From a virus, in IMG/VR virus record IMGVR_UViG_3300046516_001619, positions 1-42,567 of that record: a DNA stretch of 42,567 nucleotides. The stretch is one strand, 5' to 3'. Below the pieces are notes generated by a model, which was given only the letters and a program-made list of their open reading frames with translations, did not search any database and had not been told where the DNA came from. The translations under genes and the position numbers were made by a program. Position 1 is the first letter of the stretch; each line of letters begins with the position of its first letter. Shown here piece by piece: positions 6,388-14,458 of the stretch.

Positions 6388-8283
6388 TTAGCGGGCGTCG
6401 TCATCGTCACTCGCCACCTTCTGGACGTACCGCTGTGGACGGCCGAAACGCTCCACCAGTCCTTCGTTGACGAGCTCGCGCAGGATGCGGCGCAGATCGA
6501 ACTCGCGCACGCCCATCTCCTTCCGGAGTTCCGAAAACTCAGGCGCGTCCTCACGCCTGGTCGGAAGCCACGCCAGCACTTCGATACGCAGTGCCTCTTT
6601 GCGAACCTGCGTGACATCGCCCACCGCACGGAACGTCGACCGCTCACCGTCCTGACCGGGCTCGAACTCGATGAGCAACTTGTCTGGCGTCTCCTCGAAG
6701 CGTGAAATGCCGTCGAGCAGACGCTGGCGTTCCTTGCCGGTCTGGTCGCCGGTCAGACGCTGCAGGTGGAGCACGATGTCGACCGCGCCAGCGAACGCCG
6801 ACGAGCCGCGGCCGCTGTCGCCCACCTCGCCACCAGACTTACGGTCGTGCCGACTGGTCAGCACCGCCAAACCATCGATCGTGGCCGCCTGGAGCGGCTC
6901 CATCGTCTGCATGGCCGCGCCCGACTTGTTCTCGTCCTCGCCCCGGATTCCGGAGAACTGCGCCAGCGTATCGACGATCAAGAGTCCGGCCCCGACCTCT
7001 TTCGCCTTGTGCCGCGCTTCCTGGACGATAGCTTCCCACTTGCGTCCCACCACCCGATTCCAGAACAGGATGTGGAGGTCCTCCCGATCGAGCAGACCGG
7101 CACGCGACAGGTTGCGTTTGAAGCTCGGCCCAGACTGCTCGGTCAGGTACAGAATCGGCGTATATGTCGTCGGTTGTCCCAGGAACTCCTCGCCGTGCAA
7201 GATGCAGTACGCCAGCGCGAGCACCAGCGTCGTCTTGCCCGCTTGCTTGGCTTTCCCGTCGAGCTCAGTACTCAGCCCGGCTCCCAGCAATCCAAAGGCG
7301 TACCACGTGATCGTCTCGTCCTCGAGCGCTTTCACCGCTGCCGCGCTCAGCCACTCGGCTGGCCCCGCTCTTTCGCGGGTACCTTTCCTGCGCACACGGC
7401 CAGGCCCGTTGCCGGCCACCGCACGGGCCACGATGATGCGATAGCGCGTGGTGGCGTCACTCCGATTGGTGAATGCCGTCCAGCCCAACGCGCTGTCGCG
7501 CTCACGAATCAACTGCTCGACGAAGCCAGGCATACAGCCGGCGTCCAGCAGCACGGTGGCGAGCCGCCACAGGCTATAGCTGCGATCACGTTTCCCATTC
7601 GGCTTGACATCGAAAACACGCCCGTACCAGCGCTCGAGCGCATCACCCTGCAACACGACTGGTGGTGCGTCCTGAGGGCTGTCTGGCGGCGCTTCGCGGC
7701 GCCGTCCTCGGGCATTCAAGCCCTCCACACACCAGCGCGGCGACGGCGTGTCCGGAGTCGCCGTGACCACTCCGTCTACTGGCTCGATCCAGGTATAGAG
7801 CCGCTGGCTCCAGTGCAAGCTGGGCGGCATGACCGCATAGCCCTTGCTCAGAATGTCGTACTCGCCGGTGTGCGTATCGCGATACGCCAGGCAATCGTCT
7901 GGCCGTCGGTACAGGTGGTGGGCATGACCTTCACCACCACCCGAGGCGAACCGCAGCGTCGGCGGCAATCCGCGCGCCGTGAACTCAGCGAACCACTCGA
8001 TCGAGTCCGGCGCGATGTCGACCAGCCCGCTGCGCTCCAGGTCGATGCCGATATTCGCGTGCGGCCACATGCGCCACTGACGCCTGATCACACGCTCGTC
8101 ACAACTGGCGTCGTCCAGCCCGTGCATGGTCCGCGGATGCTTGCCAGAGCTCTCGCAATCCGTGCGTTTCGGGCAATCGCACACGCCGGCCTGATCCGGC
8201 GTGTGGAGCGGGATGACCGGCCAGCCCAGCGCGGCGTAGCTCAGGGCTGCCTGGAGCAACGGGCTCGTGTCGGTGGTGGTCAT
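6388..8283 (-). CDS. Bifunctional primase-polymerase (prim-pol) fused to a RepA/DnaB-like P-loop ATPase and a C-terminal winged-helix region
   Basis: N-terminus LLQAALSYAALGWPVIPLHTP...SSGKHPRT...ANIGIDL matches the prim-pol N-terminal domain. Walker A is GKAKQAGKTTLVLALAY, followed by LLIVDTL (Walker B-like). Confidence 0.8.
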   Translation of the reverse strand: MTTTDTSPLLQAALSYAALGWPVIPLHTPDQAGVCDCPKRTDCESSGKHPRTMHGLDDASCDERVIRRQWRMWPHANIGIDLERSGLVDIAPDSIEWFAEFTARGLPPTLRFASGGGEGHAHHLYRRPDDCLAYRDTHTGEYDILSKGYAVMPPSLHWSQRLYTWIEPVDGVVTATPDTPSPRWCVEGLNARGRRREAPPDSPQDAPPVVLQGDALERWYGRVFDVKPNGKRDRSYSLWRLATVLLDAGCMPGFVEQLIRERDSALGWTAFTNRSDATTRYRIIVARAVAGNGPGRVRRKGTRERAGPAEWLSAAAVKALEDETITWYAFGLLGAGLSTELDGKAKQAGKTTLVLALAYCILHGEEFLGQPTTYTPILYLTEQSGPSFKRNLSRAGLLDREDLHILFWNRVVGRKWEAIVQEARHKAKEVGAGLLIVDTLAQFSGIRGEDENKSGAAMQTMEPLQAATIDGLAVLTSRHDRKSGGEVGDSGRGSSAFAGAVDIVLHLQRLTGDQTGKERQRLLDGISRFEETPDKLLIEFEPGQDGERSTFRAVGDVTQVRKEALRIEVLAWLPTRREDAPEFSELRKEMGVREFDLRRILRELVNEGLVERFGRPQRYVQKVASDDDDAR

Positions 8284-8675
8284 GCGACGACGTACTCCTC
8301 GGGATGGGTGATCAGGCGGAGCAGCCGCTCACGGTCCCGTGGCCGCGCGTGGATCACGATCTGGCCACACGCCTCGAGCATCTGCTTCACGCGCGTCTGC
8401 TCTGGATCGACGTGGCCGTGTTCCGTCTTGCACTCGATCCACAGGATGTACGGCGGCCGAATCGCCAGGAGGTCCGGGAATCCCTTCTTGATGCCGCGGT
8501 AGATCTTCTTGTGACAGATCGGACAGACGACCACGTTCGACGGAATGTGGATCCACCACCAGCCGAGCAGGTCGAGCTGGCCTTCGACCTGCTTCTGCCA
8601 CGGTTTTTCTTTGAGCTTGCCGTCCATCAGCCGCCGGAATTCCCGTCCATCGAGCGGCGGCTGGGATAGCTTCAC
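8280..8675 (-). CDS. VRR-NUC domain nuclease
   Basis: KKGFPDLLAIRPPYILWIECKTEHG carries the PD...(D/E)xK core typical of VRR-NUC. It is preceded by a CPICHKK zinc-ribbon-like insert. Confidence 0.65.
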   Translation of the reverse strand: MKLSQPPLDGREFRRLMDGKLKEKPWQKQVEGQLDLLGWWWIHIPSNVVVCPICHKKIYRGIKKGFPDLLAIRPPYILWIECKTEHGHVDPEQTRVKQMLEACGQIVIHARPRDRERLLRLITHPEEYVVA

Positions 8676-8917
8676 GACGCGAACGGCTGCAGCGTGTGCA
8701 GATCCAGGCCTTCGGCCGCGGCCAGGCTGCGGATAGCTTGCTCAGCCAGCGGGCTGGGCAACGTGTGTCCGTTCTCCCACTGACTGACCGTATTGACCGC
8801 CACCCGCAGCAGGTAGCTGAAGTCACGCTGGGTCATCCCCAGGCTGCGACGAATGGCGCGCATGCGCCTGGCAGACGCCTGGAGCCGCGCGCGGTCCGAG
8901 TCGACGCTGACGAGCAT
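8672..8917 (-). CDS. XRE-type HTH protein (81 aa)
   Basis: ATG 8917 (MLVSVDSD...) lies 1 nt upstream of, and does not overlap, the upstream stop codon (8921..8919). IRRSLGMTQRDFSYLLRVAVNTVSQWENGHTLP is an XRE HTH. The longer ORF-track N-terminus (to 9094) overlaps the preceding gene and looks non-coding. Confidence 0.65.
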   Translation of the reverse strand: MLVSVDSDRARLQASARRMRAIRRSLGMTQRDFSYLLRVAVNTVSQWENGHTLPSPLAEQAIRSLAAAEGLDLHTLQPFAS

Positions 8918-8918
8918 C

Positions 8919-9446
8919 TCAGAACGGCATTTCTTTCTTCTCGTCCTCGTCCTCGAGACGGCGGCCCTTGGCCGCAGCCACCGGTCGCGGCTTCTTGACG
9001 TACGGTTTGAGACGCAGCAGACGCAGTCGCTGGGTGCCGTCCGAGAGCTCGGCCCACTCCACGTCCGCCACCGCTCGCTTGCCGCGCAGCGCATCCTCCC
9101 AGCCGGACTCCAGCATTTCGTTGACCTCGTCGTCGGTCAGCCGGTGGCCAATCAGCGCATTGGCAATCTCACGACCCGGTGCAATCTTGTTGGTGGACGG
9201 ATTGTCATACGTCAGGTCGTTGGTGATCTTCCACAACTCGAACATCTCACCGGTGTTGTCGTCGATGACTCCTTCACCGGTCTCCATGTCCCAGATGTTG
9301 AACTTGTAGGTGTCCATCATCGCGTCCTTGCGTTTGTCGCGATACTGGGACGGCTGCTCGTCCATGGCCACGAGCTCGACGATGTATTTCTTCGAGTCAT
9401 CCACGTCGATCGCCGGCGCGAACGCGTTCGTTGGTTTCTGCGGCAT
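8919..9446 (-). CDS. Putative ssDNA-binding protein (DUF669-like by position) with an SSB-type acidic C-terminal tip
   Basis: The C-terminus ...RRLEDEDEKKEMPF resembles the acidic D-D-D-I-P-F tip of bacterial SSBs. It lies in a Gp157 ... VRR-NUC ... primase module where DUF669 proteins usually sit. ATG 9446 has an AGGAA SD; GTG 9464 is the alternative. Confidence 0.45.
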   Translation of the reverse strand: MPQKPTNAFAPAIDVDDSKKYIVELVAMDEQPSQYRDKRKDAMMDTYKFNIWDMETGEGVIDDNTGEMFELWKITNDLTYDNPSTNKIAPGREIANALIGHRLTDDEVNEMLESGWEDALRGKRAVADVEWAELSDGTQRLRLLRLKPYVKKPRPVAAAKGRRLEDEDEKKEMPF

Positions 9447-9498
9447 GTTGGGATTCCTGCCCACAACGCGCGGTACGAGGCGCCGCGCACGCCACTGG

Positions 9499-9642
9499 TC
9501 AACCGATGAAGAAACGGAAAACGACGAGCACCAGGAAGATCACTCCACCCACGAAGAGTCCGATGCTGATGAGCCCGCCCAGGGCCATCAAAACGAAGAT
9601 GACAATCTCGACAATCGTGAGGCGGTCCGATGCGGAGTACAT
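9499..9642 (-). CDS. Small single-pass membrane protein (47 aa)
   Basis: MYSASDRLTIVEIVIFVLMALGGLISIGLFVGGVIFLVLVVFRFFIG. ATG 9642 overlaps the upstream stop by 1 nt. Confidence 0.55.
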   Translation of the reverse strand: MYSASDRLTIVEIVIFVLMALGGLISIGLFVGGVIFLVLVVFRFFIG

Positions 9643-10031
9643 CAACAACCACTCACACTCCACTGGCTGCGGCGTCCCAGCATCAGGTCGTGCGCGGCTA
9701 CCAGTCGCGCCTGCCAGGGTGTCCACAGACTCCACTCCGGATGGCCTATCTCGCGCGCGTGTGCGGCGAAGGTGGAGGACATATATTGGAGCACTCCACC
9801 GGCTCCGGAGCCGCGGCTATTCCAGACATTGGCGCCGCCCGACTCTTTCGCCTCGAGACACGCCACGCGCGCCATGACCACGGCGGGAAACGTCACCTCG
9901 GGCTCAGGCTCGGCGACGATGTCCGCTGCGTCGGACACCTCGTCCATTGTGACGGACGTGTGACCACTCTCGTCCGCGGCATACGTACTGGTGGTGAGCA
10001 CCATGACCGCGCCGATCAACAGCCGCGCCAT
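9642..10031 (-). CDS. Secreted Rpf/SLT-like transglycosylase-domain protein (129 aa)
   Basis: Signal-peptide-like N-terminus MARLLIGAVMVLTTSTYAADE. KESGGANVWNSRGSGAGGVLQYMSSTF resembles the CESGGN...GNG.YGGLQF..STW core of Rpf-type transglycosylase-like domains. Start 10031 overlaps the upstream stop. Confidence 0.55.
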   Translation of the reverse strand: MARLLIGAVMVLTTSTYAADESGHTSVTMDEVSDAADIVAEPEPEVTFPAVVMARVACLEAKESGGANVWNSRGSGAGGVLQYMSSTFAAHAREIGHPEWSLWTPWQARLVAAHDLMLGRRSQWSVSGC

Positions 10032-10228
10032 CAGGCCGCCTCGGCTTTGCCGCGCAGGCAATCGTGGCGGCGCACGGGATACAGCTCGTCGTGCTCCAGA
10101 CAGAAATAGGCACGGCACAGGGGGCACCACGTCTCGGCGTCCTGCTGGCAGCCAAACTGCTGGCACCGATCCGGGACGTCCTGGTCGATGAGGAAGTCGA
10201 ACAGGAGCTCGGAGTAGTCCTGGCTCAT
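10031..10228 (-). CDS. Cys/His-rich zinc-finger protein (65 aa)
   Basis: MSQDYSELLFDFLIDQDVPDRCQQFGCQQDAETWCPLCRAYFCLEHDELYPVRRHDCLRGK (C-x4-C, C-x2-C, C-x-H, H-x-C). ATGA overlap with the upstream stop at 10225..10228. Confidence 0.6.
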   Translation of the reverse strand: MSQDYSELLFDFLIDQDVPDRCQQFGCQQDAETWCPLCRAYFCLEHDELYPVRRHDCLRGKAEAA

Positions 10229-10800
10229 CGGAGCTCCAGTCGCGACGAGCGGGTGATGTCCACCCCGGGCGGGATCTCGCCGGTGGCCTTGTACGCGTCC
10301 AGGATGGCCCGCTTGTCGACGCTCTCGGTCGTCACCACCTTGACGTACTCGTCGGGGACCAGCATCTGCTCGAGGATCTGCACCGCGGGTGGATTGGTCC
10401 GCACGCGCAGCTTGAAGCGCGCCGTGTCGATACGCTCCGAGCCAATCGCCACCATGTGCCGCAGCACGTAGTCGCGCAGTCGGTCGGCGTTGCGGATATC
10501 GGCCGCGGCCAGATCGCGCATGCGGTCCGACTCGGACTTGCGCATGGCCGCCATGCTCTCGCACTGCTTGATCAGCCCGGCGATCGCCTCGGCCTTGTGG
10601 GTGATCAGTCCAGCAATGTCGTCGAGCTGCCGCTCGAGCTCCTGGCTATCCGTCTCAGGCTCCTCGAGCAGGGCCAGGATGTGCAGGTAGTCCTCGGACA
10701 GGGCGTACAGCGTCGTTGAGCGTTCGGCGATCCGGTTAAAGGCGCGACTGGCTGCTTCGATAGTCTCCGAAGACATGCCGCTGCCAGGGGTAGTGGTCAT
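10225..10800 (-). CDS. Siphovirus Gp157-like protein
   Basis: N-terminal coiled coil (LSEDYLHILALLEE...ELERQLDDI) and C-terminal FKLRVRTNPPAVQILEQMLVPDEYVKV...VDKRAILDAYKATGEIPPGVDI fit my recollection of the Sipho_Gp157 family. It holds the usual position at the head of a replication/recombination module. Confidence 0.5.
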   Translation of the reverse strand: MTTTPGSGMSSETIEAASRAFNRIAERSTTLYALSEDYLHILALLEEPETDSQELERQLDDIAGLITHKAEAIAGLIKQCESMAAMRKSESDRMRDLAAADIRNADRLRDYVLRHMVAIGSERIDTARFKLRVRTNPPAVQILEQMLVPDEYVKVVTTESVDKRAILDAYKATGEIPPGVDITRSSRLELR

Positions 10801-10805
10801 GTGAC

Positions 10806-10979
10806 CTAGGCCGCTGCCTGCTCGGCTGGTGGAGCTGGTGGAAGGAGTGCGTCGCCCTCGGCGACGAGGTCACGGATGCGATAGATGATCAGGGTGCGGA
10901 CGGCAACGCCCTCGCGCTCGGCGACGAGCTCGAGCTTTGCCCACGCGCTGTGCGGGATCGGTAAGGTGAGCATTGGCAT
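10806..10979 (-). CDS. Ribbon-helix-helix (Arc/CopG-like) protein
   Basis: MPMLTLPIPHSAWAKLELVAEREGVAVRTLIIYRIRDLV fits a beta-strand then two helices. Alternative starts are 10988 (GTG) and 10973. Confidence 0.45.
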   Translation of the reverse strand: MPMLTLPIPHSAWAKLELVAEREGVAVRTLIIYRIRDLVAEGDALLPPAPPAEQAAA

Positions 10980-11030
10980 GCCCACCACTGTGCCTGCCCG
11001 TCTGGTCTGAAAAACGCCAGTTTGATCAGA

Positions 11031-11061
11031 GGTAAAAAAGCGCTGGCGATGACGCCGGGGG
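11031..11061 (-). terminator. Weak candidate intrinsic terminator after the PAS-regulator gene
   Basis: Minus strand reads cccccGGCGtcatCGCCagcgcTTTTTTacc: a short GC stem followed by a T6 run, which is rare in this GC-rich genome. A second T5 run follows (ctggcgtttttcag). Confidence 0.3.
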
Positions 11062-11844
11062 CTAGAACAAATAGAGCTTTGGGTACCACTCCACGGCGAG
11101 ACGACGGAGCGTCTGTGCGGGCGACTCCTTTTCCTTCTTCCAGTACGGTTTCAGATACTTGGTCAGGGTCACGGTACTGCCGACCAAGGTTGCTTTCATG
11201 ACTGCCCTGACCGCGACTTTGCCGTCTCCGAGTGCCCGGTGCAAGCGCTCGTCAAAATCATCGGCTGGAATGAGGCGGTCTCCTTTGTCGGGACGGGCCT
11301 TGCGCGGCTTCTTCGGCTTGCGCAGCCTCTCTTCGATCTCGTCGTCCTCGGTCCGAACGTGAGCCAGGCGGTCGGCCATGTCGTCCACCTTCATCGCCAG
11401 GTTCTCGAGGCGATAGTTGCGCCACCGGAGGTGGTCCCACGGTGTCTGGAACTGGGGACCGTCCAGGTAGTCGACGCTGATGTCGGCAACGACCTCCCAC
11501 AGCCCACACATCAGGTTGAACGTCATCACCGCATCGGAGAGCTCGATGCAGCGACCGTCCCTGGTCTCGATCCAGCTGACGATGTGCTCCTCGACGCTCT
11601 GGGCCAGTTTCAGTCGGAGCTGGGCCATTGCGATCGCGGCAATCTCGGAGTCGTCCGCGGACGTGTGGTGGGGCCGCAGTAAACGCCTGCCCGGATGGTC
11701 GACAACCTCTTCACGGCCGTAGCCCATCACGACACAGAAGGCGTTGTTACAGGCGACGATCAGGCCCTGGGCATTGACTGTCCAGGCAATGCGTACGGAC
11801 TGTGGAATATCGCGGAGGCCCATGGGTGCCGCACCCTTCCCCAC
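11062..11844 (-). CDS. PAS-domain protein with a basic linker and a C-terminal HTH-like segment (putative switch regulator)
   Basis: IAWTVNAQGLIVACNNAFCVVMGYGREEVVDHPGRRLL...WIETRDGRCIELSDAVMTF...GLWEVVADIS matches the PAS pattern (G.I...N.af....GY..eE..G ... kdG ... DIs). The linker is RLRKPKKPRKARPDKGDR. The C-terminus VRAVMKATLVGSTVTLTKYLKPYW is HTH-like. It is the first gene of the leftward early operon. GTG 11844 or ATG 11823. Confidence 0.6.
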   Translation of the reverse strand: MGKGAAPMGLRDIPQSVRIAWTVNAQGLIVACNNAFCVVMGYGREEVVDHPGRRLLRPHHTSADDSEIAAIAMAQLRLKLAQSVEEHIVSWIETRDGRCIELSDAVMTFNLMCGLWEVVADISVDYLDGPQFQTPWDHLRWRNYRLENLAMKVDDMADRLAHVRTEDDEIEERLRKPKKPRKARPDKGDRLIPADDFDERLHRALGDGKVAVRAVMKATLVGSTVTLTKYLKPYWKKEKESPAQTLRRLAVEWYPKLYLF

Positions 11845-12070
11845 CAGAAAATGGCAAAGGTATTCATGTGCGACAGGCTCGCGGGTTCAAGATGCCCACC
11901 CCCGTGGGCTTGTCGTAGATCGAGTGTTCTACTCTATTTCGGGCCGCCCCGGCCCGTCAGAATCGCCAGCGCTCTTTATCAGTGGCGGTTCGTTCCCGTT
12001 ACGTGAGTGTTTCATGAAGGCTAACACTCAACGCATCGCACCGCATCATTGCTATGCGTAGACTGTCTCT
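11845..12070. promoter_or_regulatory. Divergent lysis-lysogeny switch region with repeated GAGTGTT half-sites
   Basis: GAGTGTT is at 11922..11928 and 12005..12011, with its complement AACACTC at 12023..12029 (inverted repeat tgagtgtt-N11-aacactca, 12004..12030). CGCATC direct repeats are at 12032..12037 and 12042..12047. A TAGACT -10-like hexamer (12059..12064) lies 6 nt before the ATG at 12071. GC hairpins are at 11894..11909 and 11941..11955. Confidence 0.55.
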
Positions 12071-12253
12071 ATGATTGAGGAGTTGGTGGGCGAAAAGATC
12101 GTCAGTGTGCGGCTAGATCCCGCTCTCTATCGACGTCTGAAGGCGATTGCCAAACGGCAGAGACGAAGCCTGAGCGCTCAGGTGGTGCTCATCGTCGACG
12201 AGTGGCTGGCGCATCAGCCCAACGAGAAAAAGCACAACTCTGATAAATCGTGA
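12071..12253 (+). CDS. Ribbon-helix-helix (CopG/MetJ/Arc family) DNA-binding protein; candidate repressor
   Basis: KIVSVRLDPALYRRLKAIAKRQRRSLSAQVVLIVDEWL is a classic RHH (beta strand VSVRL, then helix A and helix B). No SD is visible, so the transcript may be leaderless. Confidence 0.7.
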   Translation: MIEELVGEKIVSVRLDPALYRRLKAIAKRQRRSLSAQVVLIVDEWLAHQPNEKKHNSDKS

Positions 12254-12337
12254 TGCGTTCTGCCGGCATCGCCAGCGCTAACCGATGACTGGCTGAACTG
12301 GCGATTCCAGAGCCTGGCCGCGCGCCAGACTCGGAGT

Positions 12338-12496
12338 ATGCCCAGGAAGCCCACCCCACCGCTCGTGGTCGAAGTCGTCGTTGAGACTTCGCCTGCCGCA
12401 CAGGCTGCCTACCTCGAAGCGATCAAGATCCTCGTGCGCCACATCCGCGCCACCCGCCAAGCCGGCGTAGAAGGCACTTGCGAGCAGGCCAGCTAG
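12338..12496 (+). CDS. Hypothetical small protein (52 aa, below the ORF-track cutoff)
   Basis: Manual translation gives MPRKPTPPLVVEVVVETSPAAQAAYLEAIKILVRHIRATRQAGVEGTCEQAS. Same orientation as the flanking RHH and integrase genes. The alternative minus-strand ORF 12278..12583 has antisense-like composition. Confidence 0.3.
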   Translation: MPRKPTPPLVVEVVVETSPAAQAAYLEAIKILVRHIRATRQAGVEGTCEQAS

Positions 12497-12515
12497 GGAT
12501 GTAGTACTATCTTCA

Positions 12516-14327
12516 ATGATGGCACCCAAACGCCCCTTTAGCCTGCGTTCAGGCCCAGCCTCTCCGCTTACCGTTCTGCGCATTCAGCAAGCCATTGCCT
12601 ATGGCCGCGTCTCGAGCGAGATGCAGCGCGACAGCGAGTCGATCAAGGTCCAGGTGACCAAGTTGCTGGGCACGATCAATGTGCGCGACAACCCCGAGCT
12701 CCCTGACCGCGACCAGCTCCGACTGCTGGGCGCCTACTGGGACGATGGCGTCAGCGGCACGCTGCCGCTCGAACAACGGCCCGAAGGCCGCCAGCTCATG
12801 GAGCGCATCTGCCCGCGGCTGTCCACCAAGTGTGACGGTTTGTGCGGCCACAATGGCGAGGTCGATCAGGTGTGGATCACCAAACTGGATCGACTGGCGC
12901 GCAAGCTCCAGATCCTGATCGATATCGAAGCCTGGCTGCGACGGCACAACGTGTCGCTGATCTGCATGGATCCATCGATCGACACGCGCACCGGGACCGG
13001 TCGGCTGGTGTTCACCATCCTGGCGAGCATTGCCGAATGGGAACGCGAGACGATCCTCGAGCGCACCACAGCTGGCAAACATCACAAGGCTTCGGAGGGC
13101 AAGTGGGTGGGCGGTCGCCAGACCTTTGGTTTGAAAACTGACGAGAACGGCTATCTGGTCATCGACGACACGTTCGTCGACCGTTGTGGCGAAATGGCCT
13201 ACCGTGTCGTCCAATCGATTTTCGAGAACATCGCGCTGCATGGATCGACGGCGTGGAAAGAAGCGCAACGCACCGGTCTGACCGAGCGTCGCGTCGGCTG
13301 GATCCTGCACAACGCGCGCTACAAAGGCGAGGGTGGCATCTACGCCAAAGACGGCTCGTTCACGGCTGCCGAAAAGAACGCGCCACCACAGCTTGTCAGC
13401 CCCGCGCTGTGGCAGATGGCCCAGGACGCGTTGATTACCAACCGCGCCAAGGCCGGGGGCCGACATCATCGCACGTACCTGTTGAGCGGGCTCCTGATCT
13501 GCTGTGAGCCGTATGACTACATCTCCACGGTGGACGATCAGGGCCGTACCCGCGAACGTCCGTCAGACAAAGTCAGTGGCCAGTGCGGCCGATCGTTTGC
13601 TGGACGTGCGGGCGTCAACAAGCCCGGCGGTCCCGAATACAGCTACTACTTCTGCACGCGCACGCTGAAGGCTCAGGTCGAAGCCAACCGAAACGGCTGC
13701 ACGGCCAAGATGCTGCGCTCCACCGATGTCGACAACGCCATTTGGAATCTGGTCAAGCGTTTCGTCAGCAATCCGGGCGAGGTCATTGCCGAGGCAGACT
13801 CGGGCCGTAGCGACATGCTGACTCAGTTGAACAGAGACCTCACCCATGTCGTCGAGCAGCTCGGCCAGGCGCATATGGAACGCGAGAACGTCTTGCGTTC
13901 GGCCGAACGTGGTCTACGCACATGGGACGAAGCCGAGGCTCGCCACCGTGAGATCAGCGGCCAGATCAAAGTCCTCGAGCAGCAGCGTGACGCGTTCGAG
14001 ATGCAGATCCGCTCGCTCAGCTACGCCGACCTGGACGCGCAGCGCGGCGAGGTCACGCTGAACGACATCAGCGAGGACCTCGAAGAGATCGAGCGCGAGA
14101 ACAACGTTGAGCTCAAGAAGGCGTTGATTCAAGCGGTCGTCAGACGCATCGAAGTCCGTACCGTGGACGGTGAACCACGGCTGCGAGCGATGATGCGCTT
14201 CGGTGGAGACGCCAGTTTTTTGATGAAGGAACTACGGTCGGGACGGAAACCGACAGACGATACGCATATGGAAATGAGCGTGAGTCTTGCGCCAGGCAAA
14301 AAGGACTGGAACGTCTCGGCCGCGTAG
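12516..14327 (+). CDS. int: Large serine recombinase (integrase)
   Basis: Resolvase-type catalytic domain with AIAYGRVSSEMQRDSESIKVQ (catalytic Ser) and ITKLDRLARK...LASIAEWERETILERT. It continues with a recombinase domain, the Cys cluster LICCEPYDY...GQCGRSF...YYFCTR...NGC (zinc ribbon) and a C-terminal coiled coil. 603 aa. Confidence 0.9.
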   Translation: MMAPKRPFSLRSGPASPLTVLRIQQAIAYGRVSSEMQRDSESIKVQVTKLLGTINVRDNPELPDRDQLRLLGAYWDDGVSGTLPLEQRPEGRQLMERICPRLSTKCDGLCGHNGEVDQVWITKLDRLARKLQILIDIEAWLRRHNVSLICMDPSIDTRTGTGRLVFTILASIAEWERETILERTTAGKHHKASEGKWVGGRQTFGLKTDENGYLVIDDTFVDRCGEMAYRVVQSIFENIALHGSTAWKEAQRTGLTERRVGWILHNARYKGEGGIYAKDGSFTAAEKNAPPQLVSPALWQMAQDALITNRAKAGGRHHRTYLLSGLLICCEPYDYISTVDDQGRTRERPSDKVSGQCGRSFAGRAGVNKPGGPEYSYYFCTRTLKAQVEANRNGCTAKMLRSTDVDNAIWNLVKRFVSNPGEVIAEADSGRSDMLTQLNRDLTHVVEQLGQAHMERENVLRSAERGLRTWDEAEARHREISGQIKVLEQQRDAFEMQIRSLSYADLDAQRGEVTLNDISEDLEEIERENNVELKKALIQAVVRRIEVRTVDGEPRLRAMMRFGGDASFLMKELRSGRKPTDDTHMEMSVSLAPGKKDWNVSAA

Positions 14328-14458
14328 GCCATACTCAGGATTGCTGTGTGTTTGGGTGCCAATCCGCGCGCAGCCGCCCCTCGATCACCTTCTTGATCGG
14401 GGGGCTTCTCTTTGCTACAGCGCGATGTAAAGTGATGCGTGTAGGCACCAGACACACG

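Noticed and set aside
6766-8502. Very long ORFs antisense to clearly assigned genes: 6766..8502 (+), 16480..18003 (+), 20811..22652 (+), 28028..29182 (+), 37798..39156 (+), 12549..13469 (-), among others
   Set aside because: They lie opposite genes with strong motif support (primase, lysis/tail genes, portal, integrase). Their products are Arg/Gly/Ala/Pro-rich with no motifs, which is the usual stop-codon-poor antisense frame of a high-GC genome.
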